Source: Desulfovibrio sp. (lineage in GTDB: Bacteria > Desulfobacterota > Desulfovibrionia > Desulfovibrionales > Desulfovibrionaceae). Taken from it: DNA of 33,886 nt. Position numbers and translations under genes: made by a program. The number at the start of each line of letters is the position of its first letter. Within the stretch, counting starts at the first letter, position 1. The stretch covers positions 1 to 33,886 of the forward strand of contig JAAUYX010000047.1 in NCBI GenBank assembly GCA_014804905.1, in the 5' to 3' direction. Below, one piece after another: positions 1-8,795 of this stretch. Under the pieces are notes generated by a model. The model had not been told where the DNA came from. It was given only the letters and a program-made list of their open reading frames with translations, and did not search any database.

Positions 1-234
1 ACCATGCGCGCCCTCGAGGACGCGCTGGACAACTTCGCGGGCTGCGTGCTCGTCATCAGCCACGACCGCTGGTTCCTCGACCGCGTGGCCACGCATATCA
101 TGGCCTTTGAGGACGACGCGCATGTAGCCTTTTTTGAAGGCAATTTCAGGGAATACGAGGAGGACCGCAAAAAGCGCCTCGGCAAGGAGGCCGAGACGCC
201 GCACCGCCTCAAGTTCCGCAGGCTCACACGCTGA
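1..234 (+). CDS. ettA: ABC-F family translational throttle ATPase EttA, C-terminal fragment (5' truncated by window)
   Basis: RALEDALDNFAGCVLVISHDRWFLDRVATHIMAFE...FEGNFREYEEDRKKRLG...PHRLKFRRLT is the characteristic EttA/YjjK C-terminus (post-Walker-B segment, SHDR H-loop). Stop TGA at 232-234. Confidence 0.92.
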   Translation, partial: TMRALEDALDNFAGCVLVISHDRWFLDRVATHIMAFEDDAHVAFFEGNFREYEEDRKKRLGKEAETPHRLKFRRLTR

Positions 235-270
235 ACCGGGCCGCAGCGCGGTCCTTTGCCGGAGTTTGCC

Positions 271-1863
271 ATGAAGGAAAGTTCCCTTGCGTTTCGCGGG
301 CATCTCTTCCGGGCGGGCCTTGCCCTGCTCGTGCTGATAGTCTGTTTTTCCGTCGCCGGAGTGGCGGGGGCTGCCGCCCCGGCGCCTGCGGATGACCGGG
401 CCGCGGTGGCAAGCCCGGCCACGGCCCTGATTTCGCCTGTGGGCGGGCGCCTCAGCGTGGAGGAGCGCCTCGCCCCGCTCGCCACCGGCCCTGAGGCGGG
501 GCGCAGCCTCGTCTTTGCCCTGCCGCCGGACGCCGCCAACCTGCAACTGGCCGTGCCGGGCCAGACCATCGTGCGCTGGAGCACCACGCCCGTGCCGCTG
601 GCCGAATCCGCGGGCCTCGCCCGCGCCCGCGAGGAACTCGTCACCGAGCGGATGCGCCTCAACGCGCGCCTTATCGCCGTAAAGGCGGCCATAGCCCTCT
701 GGCAGTCGCCGGAAAATGCCGCCGCGCAGGACGCTGCCCGGCGCGCGAGCCTCATCGCCGAGTCCGTGCCCGGCCTCGCGGAGGAGCAGGAAATGCTGGA
801 AACGCGCATCAGGATGCTCGGCCAGCGTATCGAGCGCCTGCCCGCGGCCGCGGGGCTCGGCGAGCTTATTCATGTCACTCTGCAAAAGCCCGTGCCCGCC
901 GGGGAAAAGGTGCTCGTGCGCTATTCCTACACCTGGCGGCATTGCGGCTGGAATGCGGTGTATGATTTCAACGCCAGGCCCGAGGAAGGCAGCGGCGGCG
1001 TCATCGACGTGCGCCTCATGGCCGATGTGTGGCAGTATTCCGGCATCGACTGGAAGGGCACCAGGGTGACGCTGGCCACGCGCGGGAGCGGCCCGCGCGA
1101 GCCCGCGCCGCTCCCGGAATGGGTGGTGGATTCCCAACCCCGGCCTCAGCCGAGGCCCGTGCCCCTGACGCTCAACGCGGCGCGGAGCGCCAAGGTCGTG
1201 GCCGAGGGCGCGGCGGACGCGGCCCCGGCCAATGCGGGCGTGGCGGCGGACAGTTCCTCGGTCTATGCCAGCTGGACGCTGGCCGAGCCCGGCCTCCCCG
1301 AGGGGCGTTCTCGCCTCGTGATTACGGCCGACGCCTGGCAGGCTCCCCTGCAATGGCTCGCCCGGCCCACCCGCGGGGATGGCCGCGTCTGGCTTCTGGC
1401 GAAGTATGCCCTTACGGGCGACACCGCCTGGCCCGAGGGCATGGCCGAATACAGCGTGGATGGCCAGGGCGTGGGCGCAGGCATGTTCCGCCCGCGCGGC
1501 GGCGAGGCCACGCTCTATTTCGGGGCGGACCCGCGCGTTAATGTGCGCACCTTTGACGACTCGCGCACCAAGGGCGAAAGGGGCTTCATCAAGACGAGCA
1601 AGACCTGGACCTGGGCCTGGACCTATACGGTGAGCAACGAACACGCGCGCCCCGTCACGGTGAAGCTGGAACGCCCGGCCCCCATCATTGTGGACGAGGG
1701 CGTCACCGTGACCTACAAGGACGAGCCCCCGGCCCAGAAGAACGACCAGGAGCACATGCTCTTCTGGAACGTGGAGGTGCCCGGCCACGGCAAGGCCAGC
1801 GTGAAGCACAGCGTCACCATCTCCTCGCCGGAGAAGTTGCAGCTCATTCCGGACGTGCCCTAG
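271..1863 (+). CDS. Secreted DUF4139/DUF4140-family protein (MuiA-like)
   Basis: GGAG RBS at 261-264 before ATG 271. N-terminal hydrophobic signal peptide, then a coiled segment, then YSY..GWNAVYD / VWQYSGIDWKGTRVTLAT and C-terminal YTVSN...VKLERPAP...LFWNVEVP, which match the DUF4139 pattern as I recall it. Confidence 0.75.
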   Translation: MKESSLAFRGHLFRAGLALLVLIVCFSVAGVAGAAAPAPADDRAAVASPATALISPVGGRLSVEERLAPLATGPEAGRSLVFALPPDAANLQLAVPGQTIVRWSTTPVPLAESAGLARAREELVTERMRLNARLIAVKAAIALWQSPENAAAQDAARRASLIAESVPGLAEEQEMLETRIRMLGQRIERLPAAAGLGELIHVTLQKPVPAGEKVLVRYSYTWRHCGWNAVYDFNARPEEGSGGVIDVRLMADVWQYSGIDWKGTRVTLATRGSGPREPAPLPEWVVDSQPRPQPRPVPLTLNAARSAKVVAEGAADAAPANAGVAADSSSVYASWTLAEPGLPEGRSRLVITADAWQAPLQWLARPTRGDGRVWLLAKYALTGDTAWPEGMAEYSVDGQGVGAGMFRPRGGEATLYFGADPRVNVRTFDDSRTKGERGFIKTSKTWTWAWTYTVSNEHARPVTVKLERPAPIIVDEGVTVTYKDEPPAQKNDQEHMLFWNVEVPGHGKASVKHSVTISSPEKLQLIPDVP

Positions 1864-1901
1864 GCCACGGCAAGCGGAAACACGCCTGCTCACGCCATGT
1901 T

Positions 1902-1943
1902 TGCCCCGGTTCCGCAGCCAGCGGGGCCGGGGCACTGATTTTT
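1902..1943 (+). terminator. Probable intrinsic terminator after the DUF4139 gene
   Basis: 14-bp stem TGCCCCGGTTCCGC / GCGGGGCCGGGGCA (two G-U pairs), loop AGCCA, T-run at 1939-1943. Confidence 0.55.
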
Positions 1944-1959
1944 CCGGGGCACCCCCCCG

Positions 1960-1988
1960 TTGACTCCTGCATCGCGCCGGGTAAGAAT
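1960..1988 (+). promoter_or_regulatory. Putative sigma70 promoter for the autotransporter
   Basis: TTGACT (1960-1965) - 17 bp - AAGAAT (1983-1988), about 47 bp upstream of ATG 2036. Confidence 0.45.
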
Positions 1989-2035
1989 GGCCGCCTATGC
2001 CAATGCCGCCCGCCAAGGGGCAAAGGAGCCTTGCT

Positions 2036-4741
2036 ATGGGCCCTCTCCGTGCGTTTTCGCCTGTTGTCATTCGCCGGGCCCGTTCCGGGGCCGGGGCTCT
2101 CACCCGCGGTCTTGCCGCGGGTCTTCTCGCCGTGGGCCTCGCCCTGCAGTTTACGCCCAGCGCGGCGCTGGGTGCGGCGAATCTCACCATCAACAGGAAC
2201 ATGACCATCACTTCCGATGTGGAGTATAACAAGATCACCGGCTCGGGCACGAGGGACCTGACGGTCACGGGGGCCCGCGTCAGCGCCGCCGACATCAGTT
2301 GCGCGACGGTGCACCTGCTTGCGCGCAACGCCGTCATCACTTCGGCGCAGAATTTCCGCATGGGCCCCATGTATGTGGAAAACAGCACGCTCACTGCGGG
2401 CAATATCTTCCAGTCCTCGGCCACGGGCAGGATGGTGACGGACAACAGCCACATCGACGCGAACATCATCTCCCTCGGCTGGGATTACCTCCTCAACCAG
2501 GCCGCCCCGCCCACCGACGGCCCGCACCAGCACAACAACAGCGTGCTCACTGCCCGGAGCAGTATCATGCTCTACGGCGGCCTCGAAGTGGTGAGCGGGG
2601 ATACCGTCGTCACCAGCGAGTCCGGCAATATCTCCGCACGCATGGTGGACGGCCTCACCCAACGCGAAGGCGCCACGCTCACCCTCCAGGCCCCGCGCGG
2701 CAAGATTACTGCCCAGAACATCGTGGCCACCAATCTGGAGGCCCAGAGCCTCTATGCCAACAACGTCACCATGCAGGGAGGCACCTTCACCCTGACCGGG
2801 GCTCTTGACCAGAGTGCCAACAACAACATCATCACCGACAACCTTACGCTCACCAACAGCACGTCCTCCATCGCGGGCCTGAGCGTGGGCGGCGCCGCGG
2901 TGGTTTCCGGCGGCGAGCTCAAGGCCGGGGAGCTTGTGGCGCAGCGGGGCCTCACGGTCAATAACCACGCGCGCGCGGGCATCGAGTCCCTGGCGCTGGA
3001 AAACGGCACCCTGCTGGCCGTCAACAGCCGTTTGGCGGTGAAGCAGTTCAAGGATTCGGCGGCCGCGAGCGCCGTGGTGGGCAATAATGCGGCCTTGGGC
3101 CTCGGCACCGCGGATGCGGACTGGATAGTGCGCCAGTTCGACACCGCCGACGCCAGTTCCCTCGGCCCGGTCACCGCGGCCCTTGCCGTGGCCGCGCCGC
3201 AGTCGCTCGCCACGATGCCCGGCATCGTGGTGGACGGGGCGGTCATGGGGCGTCCCGCCGGTGTGGCGCCGGGCCATGCCATTTTTGCGCCGCGCTCCCT
3301 TTTGGTGGTCAACGCCGCGGCAGCGGCCCAAAATGGGGCGGGCGCGCTTTCCGGCGGCAGTTTTGATGTGCGCTCCGGCGCAAAGCTCTATATCCCCGAT
3401 GCCGTCAACGGCGCCACGTACAAGGTCCTCAACGGAGCGGGCTCCTATGCGGACGCGAGCGCCTGGAACGGCGCCAATCTCGCTTCCGGCACGCCACTGC
3501 TGGAGCTGGTGCGCCTGCCGCAATTCGGCATGATCGGCACGCGCCAGGTCCCGGCCAGCACCGTGTTTCCGGGGCTGCATCCGGGCCTCGGGGGCGTACC
3601 GGACGCCGGCATCGCCGACGACAGCATCGGGCCGAGCCATGCGGATTCCGATATTGCGGGCATCCGCTTCCTCTCGCGGGCGACCGGCAGGGACTATATC
3701 GGCAATGACCCGCGCCTCGCGGCCATCACCATCGAGAGCGCCGCGCGCATGGCCGCCCTCGGGGCCGTGCCGGAAATGACGCTGGCCGCCAACCAGGCAG
3801 CGAGCAACGGCATGGGGCAGCGCCTGGGGGTGGAACCGGGCGGCGGCGTCCAGGCCGTGGGCGAGGACGGCACGCCCGAGGAAGAGGCGCTCCACCGTCA
3901 CGGCTGGGCGCTCTGGGTGATGCCCATCTTCCAGAGCACCAACGGCTTCGGCATGACCGCGGGAAGTTGGGGCCTTGATTTCAGCGGGGCCCTCGGCGGC
4001 ATTGCGCTTGGCTGCGACTATACCTTCGAGAGCGCCCTGCGCCTCGGCCTGAGCCTCAACGTGGGCGGCGGCTATGCCCGCGGCTCGGGCGAGCTCGCGT
4101 CCACCGAGAATGACATGGGCTTCTGGGGACTGGGCGCCTATGCGGGCTGGCGCAAGGGCAATTTCGGCCTTGCGGCGGACGTGGCCTATACCTCGGCCTA
4201 CAACAGCCTGAAGCAGGATTTGCCCGCGGGCATGGAAATGCGGCCGCTCAAGGCCGACGTCTCCTCCTGGGCGCTGGGCGCGGGCCTGCGCGCGGACTAC
4301 ACCTTCGCCACGCCCTGGCTGGACGTGACGCCCCATGTGGGAGTGCGCTACCATTACCTGTATACGGGGAGCTATGACGCCAAAAGCAACGGCACGGTGC
4401 TGGAGGCTGAGGCCACGCGCCAGAATATCTGGACCTTCCCTGTGGGCTTCTCGCTTTCGCGTGAGCTGGAACTGCCGCGCGGCTGGCATTGCCGCCCCAT
4501 GCTGGACCTTTCGGTCATCCCCGCCGCCGGGGACATGGACGCCAGGGGCGACGTGCGCTTTACGGGCACGCACACCGATGTGGAGCTGGAAAACCAGATC
4601 ATGGACCACATCACCTGGCGCGGCGCGCTGGGCGTGGAATTTACCGGCGGGGACCTTGCCTTCGGGCTCAACTACAGCTTCCAGGCAGGCCTGAAAACCA
4701 CGGCCCAGGGCGTGACGGCGAGCTTCAGCTACCAGTTTTAA
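2036..4741 (+). CDS. Autotransporter (type Va) outer-membrane beta-barrel protein with beta-rich passenger
   Basis: AAGGAG RBS at 2023-2028 before ATG 2036 (in frame with the ORF from 1997). Long signal peptide, Asn/Thr/Ser/Gly-rich passenger, then a barrel starting near ALWVMP with alternating aromatic strands (GCDYTF, GLGAYAGW, TPHVGVRY) and C-terminal beta-signal SFSYQF. Confidence 0.9.
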   Translation: MGPLRAFSPVVIRRARSGAGALTRGLAAGLLAVGLALQFTPSAALGAANLTINRNMTITSDVEYNKITGSGTRDLTVTGARVSAADISCATVHLLARNAVITSAQNFRMGPMYVENSTLTAGNIFQSSATGRMVTDNSHIDANIISLGWDYLLNQAAPPTDGPHQHNNSVLTARSSIMLYGGLEVVSGDTVVTSESGNISARMVDGLTQREGATLTLQAPRGKITAQNIVATNLEAQSLYANNVTMQGGTFTLTGALDQSANNNIITDNLTLTNSTSSIAGLSVGGAAVVSGGELKAGELVAQRGLTVNNHARAGIESLALENGTLLAVNSRLAVKQFKDSAAASAVVGNNAALGLGTADADWIVRQFDTADASSLGPVTAALAVAAPQSLATMPGIVVDGAVMGRPAGVAPGHAIFAPRSLLVVNAAAAAQNGAGALSGGSFDVRSGAKLYIPDAVNGATYKVLNGAGSYADASAWNGANLASGTPLLELVRLPQFGMIGTRQVPASTVFPGLHPGLGGVPDAGIADDSIGPSHADSDIAGIRFLSRATGRDYIGNDPRLAAITIESAARMAALGAVPEMTLAANQAASNGMGQRLGVEPGGGVQAVGEDGTPEEEALHRHGWALWVMPIFQSTNGFGMTAGSWGLDFSGALGGIALGCDYTFESALRLGLSLNVGGGYARGSGELASTENDMGFWGLGAYAGWRKGNFGLAADVAYTSAYNSLKQDLPAGMEMRPLKADVSSWALGAGLRADYTFATPWLDVTPHVGVRYHYLYTGSYDAKSNGTVLEAEATRQNIWTFPVGFSLSRELELPRGWHCRPMLDLSVIPAAGDMDARGDVRFTGTHTDVELENQIMDHITWRGALGVEFTGGDLAFGLNYSFQAGLKTTAQGVTASFSYQF

Positions 4742-4780
4742 CCGGCTGAGACGGCGCGACAAGCCCGGCCGGCGCAGAGG

Positions 4781-4813
4781 ACGCGCCCCGTGACGATGCA
4801 CGGGGCGCGTTTT
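4781..4813. terminator. Intrinsic terminator between convergent autotransporter and YhaN-like genes
   Basis: Perfect 12-bp stem ACGCGCCCCGTG / CACGGGGCGCGT, 6-nt loop, followed by TTT on the + strand. Confidence 0.7.
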
Positions 4814-4817
4814 GCAT

Positions 4818-7800
4818 TCAGGCGGCGGCGATGGTGCCGTTTTCCACCAGGAAGAGCGGCGCGTCGGGCGCTGCCAGCCGCAGCATATCCACCATGTGCG
4901 GCTGGCAGGTGAAGTAGAGTATCTGGTGGCCGTCGCGGCCCGCCGCGAGGTCCGCGAAGGCGCGGGCCGTGCGCTCGGCGCGCTCGGGGTCAAAGTTGAC
5001 GAGCACCTCGTCCATGATGACCGGCAGCGGCGCGGCGTGGATGGCGTGGCTTTTGATATAGGCGAGGCGCAGGGCGAGATAGGCCTGCTCCTGCGCGCCG
5101 CGGCTCAGGAATTGCGGTTCCACGGGTTCGCCCGCGGGGGGCAGGATGAGCAGGCTCGCATCCTCCAGCGAGGCGCTGATGCCCCGCCAGCGGCCATTGG
5201 TGATGCGGGCGAAGATGGAAGACGCCTCGCGGATGACCTCGGGCTGGCGTTCCTTTTCAAAATTGAGCTTTGCCTTGCGCAACAGGGCGGCGGCGAGGGC
5301 CCGGCGGCTCCAGGCAAGGGCCATGCGCTCCATGCGCTCGAGAAGGCTGGCCTCCTCCTGGCGCAGGCGCGCCAGCTCGTCGTCGCGCGAAAGGGCGGTG
5401 ACGCGCGCATTGAGTTCCGCCACGCGGGCGGCCAGCTCCTGCTCGCCGTCGGTCATGGCGGTAAGTTCCCCTTGGATGGCGGCGAGGCGGCGTTCCTGGG
5501 CCTCCTGGTCCCCTTCCTGGAAGGAGGCGAGAAATTCGGGGAGCGGACGGGAGTCCGCAGCGAGGTTGAGGGCGTCCTCGAGCTGCTGGCGCTGGCGTGT
5601 GAGGTCGCGGTATTCCGTCAAAAGCGCGGCGAGCCGCAGAAAATCCTCCGCGTCGCTGGCCCCGGCCCGGGCGAGCAGGTTGCGCTCCCTTTCGCGGGCC
5701 ATGTCCAGAGCCGCCGTTTCCGCCCGGCGTTCGTCCTCTTCCTCGGCCACAAGGCTGGCGAGGCGCTGGCGCTCGGCCTCTGCCTGCGCGGCGTTTTCCG
5801 CATCGGACAGCAGGGCGTCGAGGGTGGCGAGCCAGTCGGCCGCGGCGTCGCCGTCGCGCTCCGGCGTGCGCTCAAGGCTGTCCACAAGGGCGCCGAGGGG
5901 GCCCTCCAGAGCCGCCAGTTCGGCCCGCCCCTGCGCCAGCTCGTCGCGGGCGCGCGCAAGCTGCCCTTCCGTCGCGAGGCAACCTTCCATGCACTTGAAG
6001 GCCTCGCGCACGGTTTCGGGGTCAAGGTGCTGTTCGAGGCCCAGCCCCTCGAGGCAGGTCGCCCAGGAGGCGCGGGCCCCGGTGAGCCGTGCCTCGTCCG
6101 CGCTGAGCCGCTCCGCGGCTTCGCGCTGGCGCGTCTGCGCCCGCTCCAGCTCGTTTTCATGGTTCTGGAGGGCGGAAGCCGCGCGTATGCGCTGCTCCCG
6201 CGCGGCATCGGCCTCCCGGCAGGCCTCCATGACCTGCCGCACAGCATCTTCCAGCGTGAGGCCGCCCTCGGCCAGTCGCTCGGCCACGGGCGGCACGGCT
6301 GCGGCCCGCGCTTCCAGCGCCTGTATGTCGTCCCTGAGGGCGTCCAGTTCCGCCTGGGCCGCGGCCACGCCGCCGAAGGCCAGGCGCGCGGACTCGGCGC
6401 GGGCGAAAAAAGTGGACGCGCTTTCCGGCGACGGCACGCTCGTCACGGAGAGCGACTGCATGAGGCCGTGCCACTGCCGCCGCGCCTGCTGGACTTCGCC
6501 TTCCTTTTCATGGGCGCGCCCTTCCAGCGTGGCTACCTGGCTGCGGGCTGCGCCGTATTCGCGCTTGAGCGCCTCCATGTCCCTGCGGGAGCGCTCCTCG
6601 TGGAAGCAGAGCTCGCGCTCGCGCTCGAGCAGCATTTCCGTGGCCTCCAGCGTGACAAGGTCCATGCTGTCCACGCCTGCGGCCGCGCAGAGCTGGCGCG
6701 CCTGGTCGCCCAGCTCTGCCACATGCAGGGCGCAGGTCTCGCGCCTGCTCTGGAGCTGGGCCATTTCGTGCTGGAAGCGCCGGGCCTCGGGCCCGCTGCG
6801 CGGCAGCCCCCCGGCGAGGAAGCCCACGCCGCAGGCGAGTACGAGATAGCCCGACCAGAGGGTGACCGGGAGGCTCAGGTCCGGCGTGAGCGGGTATTCG
6901 CTGATGCCGAGCAGCCAGTGGGCCGCGAGGATGCCCGCGCCGCCGAGAATGAGGAGCGCGCCCACCACGATGAGCGGGATGCTCTTGACCGGGGCCGGGG
7001 CCTGCTCCGAGGAGATGCGGTTGTCCAGCTCCTGCAGGCGCTCGCGCTCGGTGCTCATGGTGGTGGAAAGGGCGCGCAGGGCTCTCAGGGCTGCCGAGCG
7101 GGCGTCCAGGGCCTCACGGCTCTGGCCGCCGGCGTTGCGCTGCGCCTCACGCAGTTCGTCCATGCGCTTCTTGACCGCTTCCGCCTGCTCCTCGGCCTGA
7201 CGCACGGCCTGGGCCATGTCCGTGGCTTCCTGAAGGCGCGCCTGCATGGTGCGCGCCACGCCGAGCGCGTCCTCCTGGCGCGCCAGCAGGCCGTCCAGAA
7301 GGGCGCAGGCCTCCTGCGGCTCCCCGGCATCGACGCCCGTGAGCCGCAACTGGTCAAAGGCGCGGCCAAAGCTCGTGCGTGCCTGCTCCACGGCGCGCTC
7401 GCGACCGGGGGCCTGGCGGCGGTTTTCCTCGAGGCGGGCCATGGTCTGCCGCAATTCGTCCCGCGCCTCGTCCGAGAGCTCGGCCACGGGCGCGGGGAGC
7501 ACCGTAAGGGCGTCCCGGGCGGCGCTCACGGCGCGCTCGGCGCTCTCTACATCACGGTTGGCACGGGTGAGGCCGTCGATGGCGGCCTGGTGCGCCGTGA
7601 CGGCGGCCGTCATTTCCCGCGCCTGTTTTTCCAGCCCCTCGCGGGCGAAGAGGGAGCGGTCTGTCCCGCGGATGCGCTCGCAGCTCCAGCCCGGTCCGAG
7701 CTGGGTGAGGCCGTGGGCCAGGGCGGCCTCGGCGCGGCGGCAATTTTCCTCGAGGCTGCCGATTTGGGCGAGCGCCTGCCGGTAACCGCTCTTGCGCTCG

Positions 7801-8795
7801 GAAAGGCGGCGGAGTTCGGGGAGGGCGGCCAACAGGGGCGCATCCACGCCAACAGCCTCGAGGCGCTGCTGAAGGCGGCCGAGCTTTTCCTCGCGGGCCG
7901 CCACCTGGCGCTCGCAGGCCTCGCGCGCTTCCTCCAGGCGGGCGAGGCGCGCCGCGCCGTCCTCGGGAAAGTCCTCGCGCACGGGGCTGAGCCTCGCCAG
8001 GCGCGCCCCGGTCATGCGCCATTCGTCCCACTGCTTCCAGACGCCGAGGCGACGCTCCAGGTGGCGGCGCTCGTCCTCCAGTTCCGCCTTGCGGCCGCGC
8101 AGGCCGGAGAGCTCCGCCTTTTTGCGGGAAAATTCCTCGGCGAGGGCGTCAAAGCCCGCACATTCGGCGGTGACGTCCTCGATGCGGGCGCGCAAGGCCT
8201 CCAACTGCCCCAGCGCCGCGTTGAGCGCGGGCTTGCTGCCGCCGCGCCGGAAGATTTCCTCCTCCTGCTTTTCCAGCAGCTTCAGCGCCTCGCCGGGGGC
8301 GCGCAAGCCGGGCCCGAAGCTCGCGCCGTAGAGCGCGTTGCGCACGCCCTCGCCGTCAAGGCTGGCGAAATTTTCCAGCTCGCCGAGGCTGAAGCCGAAT
8401 ACCGAGCGGTAGACCTCGCGGCTCACGCCGAAGAGCAACTGGCGCAGGATGTCCGGGGAGAGCGGCGCACCGTCGGGGAGATTGAGGGTGAGGACGCCGC
8501 CGGAAGGTCCGGGCCTGCGGGTGAGGTGTATGGTCTCGCTCGTGCCGTCGGCCGCGGGTGTGGAAAGCACGAGGCTGCCCCCGGCGAGGCCGCCGCCCAC
8601 GGGCGCGAAACTGCGCCGCGCCTCGCTCGCGCGCGGATTGGGATAGCCCGTGAGCATGGTGCGGAGAAATTCCAGGCAGGTGGACTTGCCCGCCTCGTTG
8701 CGGCCGAGAAAGATGCTGAGGCCGGGCGCGAGGCCGGTCACCTCCACGCCGGACAGGACGCCGAAGCCATCAATGTGGAAGGATTCGATATACAT
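4818..8795 (-). CDS. YhaN/SbcE-like Rad50/SMC-superfamily ATPase (AAA_27) with long coiled coils and a central transmembrane hairpin
   Basis: N-terminal IESFHIDGFG, Walker A GRNEAGKST, YRSVFGFSLGEL; C-terminal signature LSRGAQEQAYLALRLA, Walker B/D-loop PVIMDEVLVNFD, QILYFTC. The intervening ~1000 aa is heptad-like. TGATG overlap with the upstream nuclease stop. Confidence 0.9.
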   Translation of the reverse strand: MYIESFHIDGFGVLSGVEVTGLAPGLSIFLGRNEAGKSTCLEFLRTMLTGYPNPRASEARRSFAPVGGGLAGGSLVLSTPAADGTSETIHLTRRPGPSGGVLTLNLPDGAPLSPDILRQLLFGVSREVYRSVFGFSLGELENFASLDGEGVRNALYGASFGPGLRAPGEALKLLEKQEEEIFRRGGSKPALNAALGQLEALRARIEDVTAECAGFDALAEEFSRKKAELSGLRGRKAELEDERRHLERRLGVWKQWDEWRMTGARLARLSPVREDFPEDGAARLARLEEAREACERQVAAREEKLGRLQQRLEAVGVDAPLLAALPELRRLSERKSGYRQALAQIGSLEENCRRAEAALAHGLTQLGPGWSCERIRGTDRSLFAREGLEKQAREMTAAVTAHQAAIDGLTRANRDVESAERAVSAARDALTVLPAPVAELSDEARDELRQTMARLEENRRQAPGRERAVEQARTSFGRAFDQLRLTGVDAGEPQEACALLDGLLARQEDALGVARTMQARLQEATDMAQAVRQAEEQAEAVKKRMDELREAQRNAGGQSREALDARSAALRALRALSTTMSTERERLQELDNRISSEQAPAPVKSIPLIVVGALLILGGAGILAAHWLLGISEYPLTPDLSLPVTLWSGYLVLACGVGFLAGGLPRSGPEARRFQHEMAQLQSRRETCALHVAELGDQARQLCAAAGVDSMDLVTLEATEMLLERERELCFHEERSRRDMEALKREYGAARSQVATLEGRAHEKEGEVQQARRQWHGLMQSLSVTSVPSPESASTFFARAESARLAFGGVAAAQAELDALRDDIQALEARAAAVPPVAERLAEGGLTLEDAVRQVMEACREADAAREQRIRAASALQNHENELERAQTRQREAAERLSADEARLTGARASWATCLEGLGLEQHLDPETVREAFKCMEGCLATEGQLARARDELAQGRAELAALEGPLGALVDSLERTPERDGDAAADWLATLDALLSDAENAAQAEAERQRLASLVAEEEDERRAETAALDMARERERNLLARAGASDAEDFLRLAALLTEYRDLTRQRQQLEDALNLAADSRPLPEFLASFQEGDQEAQERRLAAIQGELTAMTDGEQELAARVAELNARVTALSRDDELARLRQEEASLLERMERMALAWSRRALAAALLRKAKLNFEKERQPEVIREASSIFARITNGRWRGISASLEDASLLILPPAGEPVEPQFLSRGAQEQAYLALRLAYIKSHAIHAAPLPVIMDEVLVNFDPERAERTARAFADLAAGRDGHQILYFTCQPHMVDMLRLAAPDAPLFLVENGTIAAA

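Noticed and set aside
1844-4993. 1049-aa minus-strand ORF opposite the autotransporter
   Set aside because: Antisense shadow of a real gene. High GC suppresses stops; no recognisable motifs.
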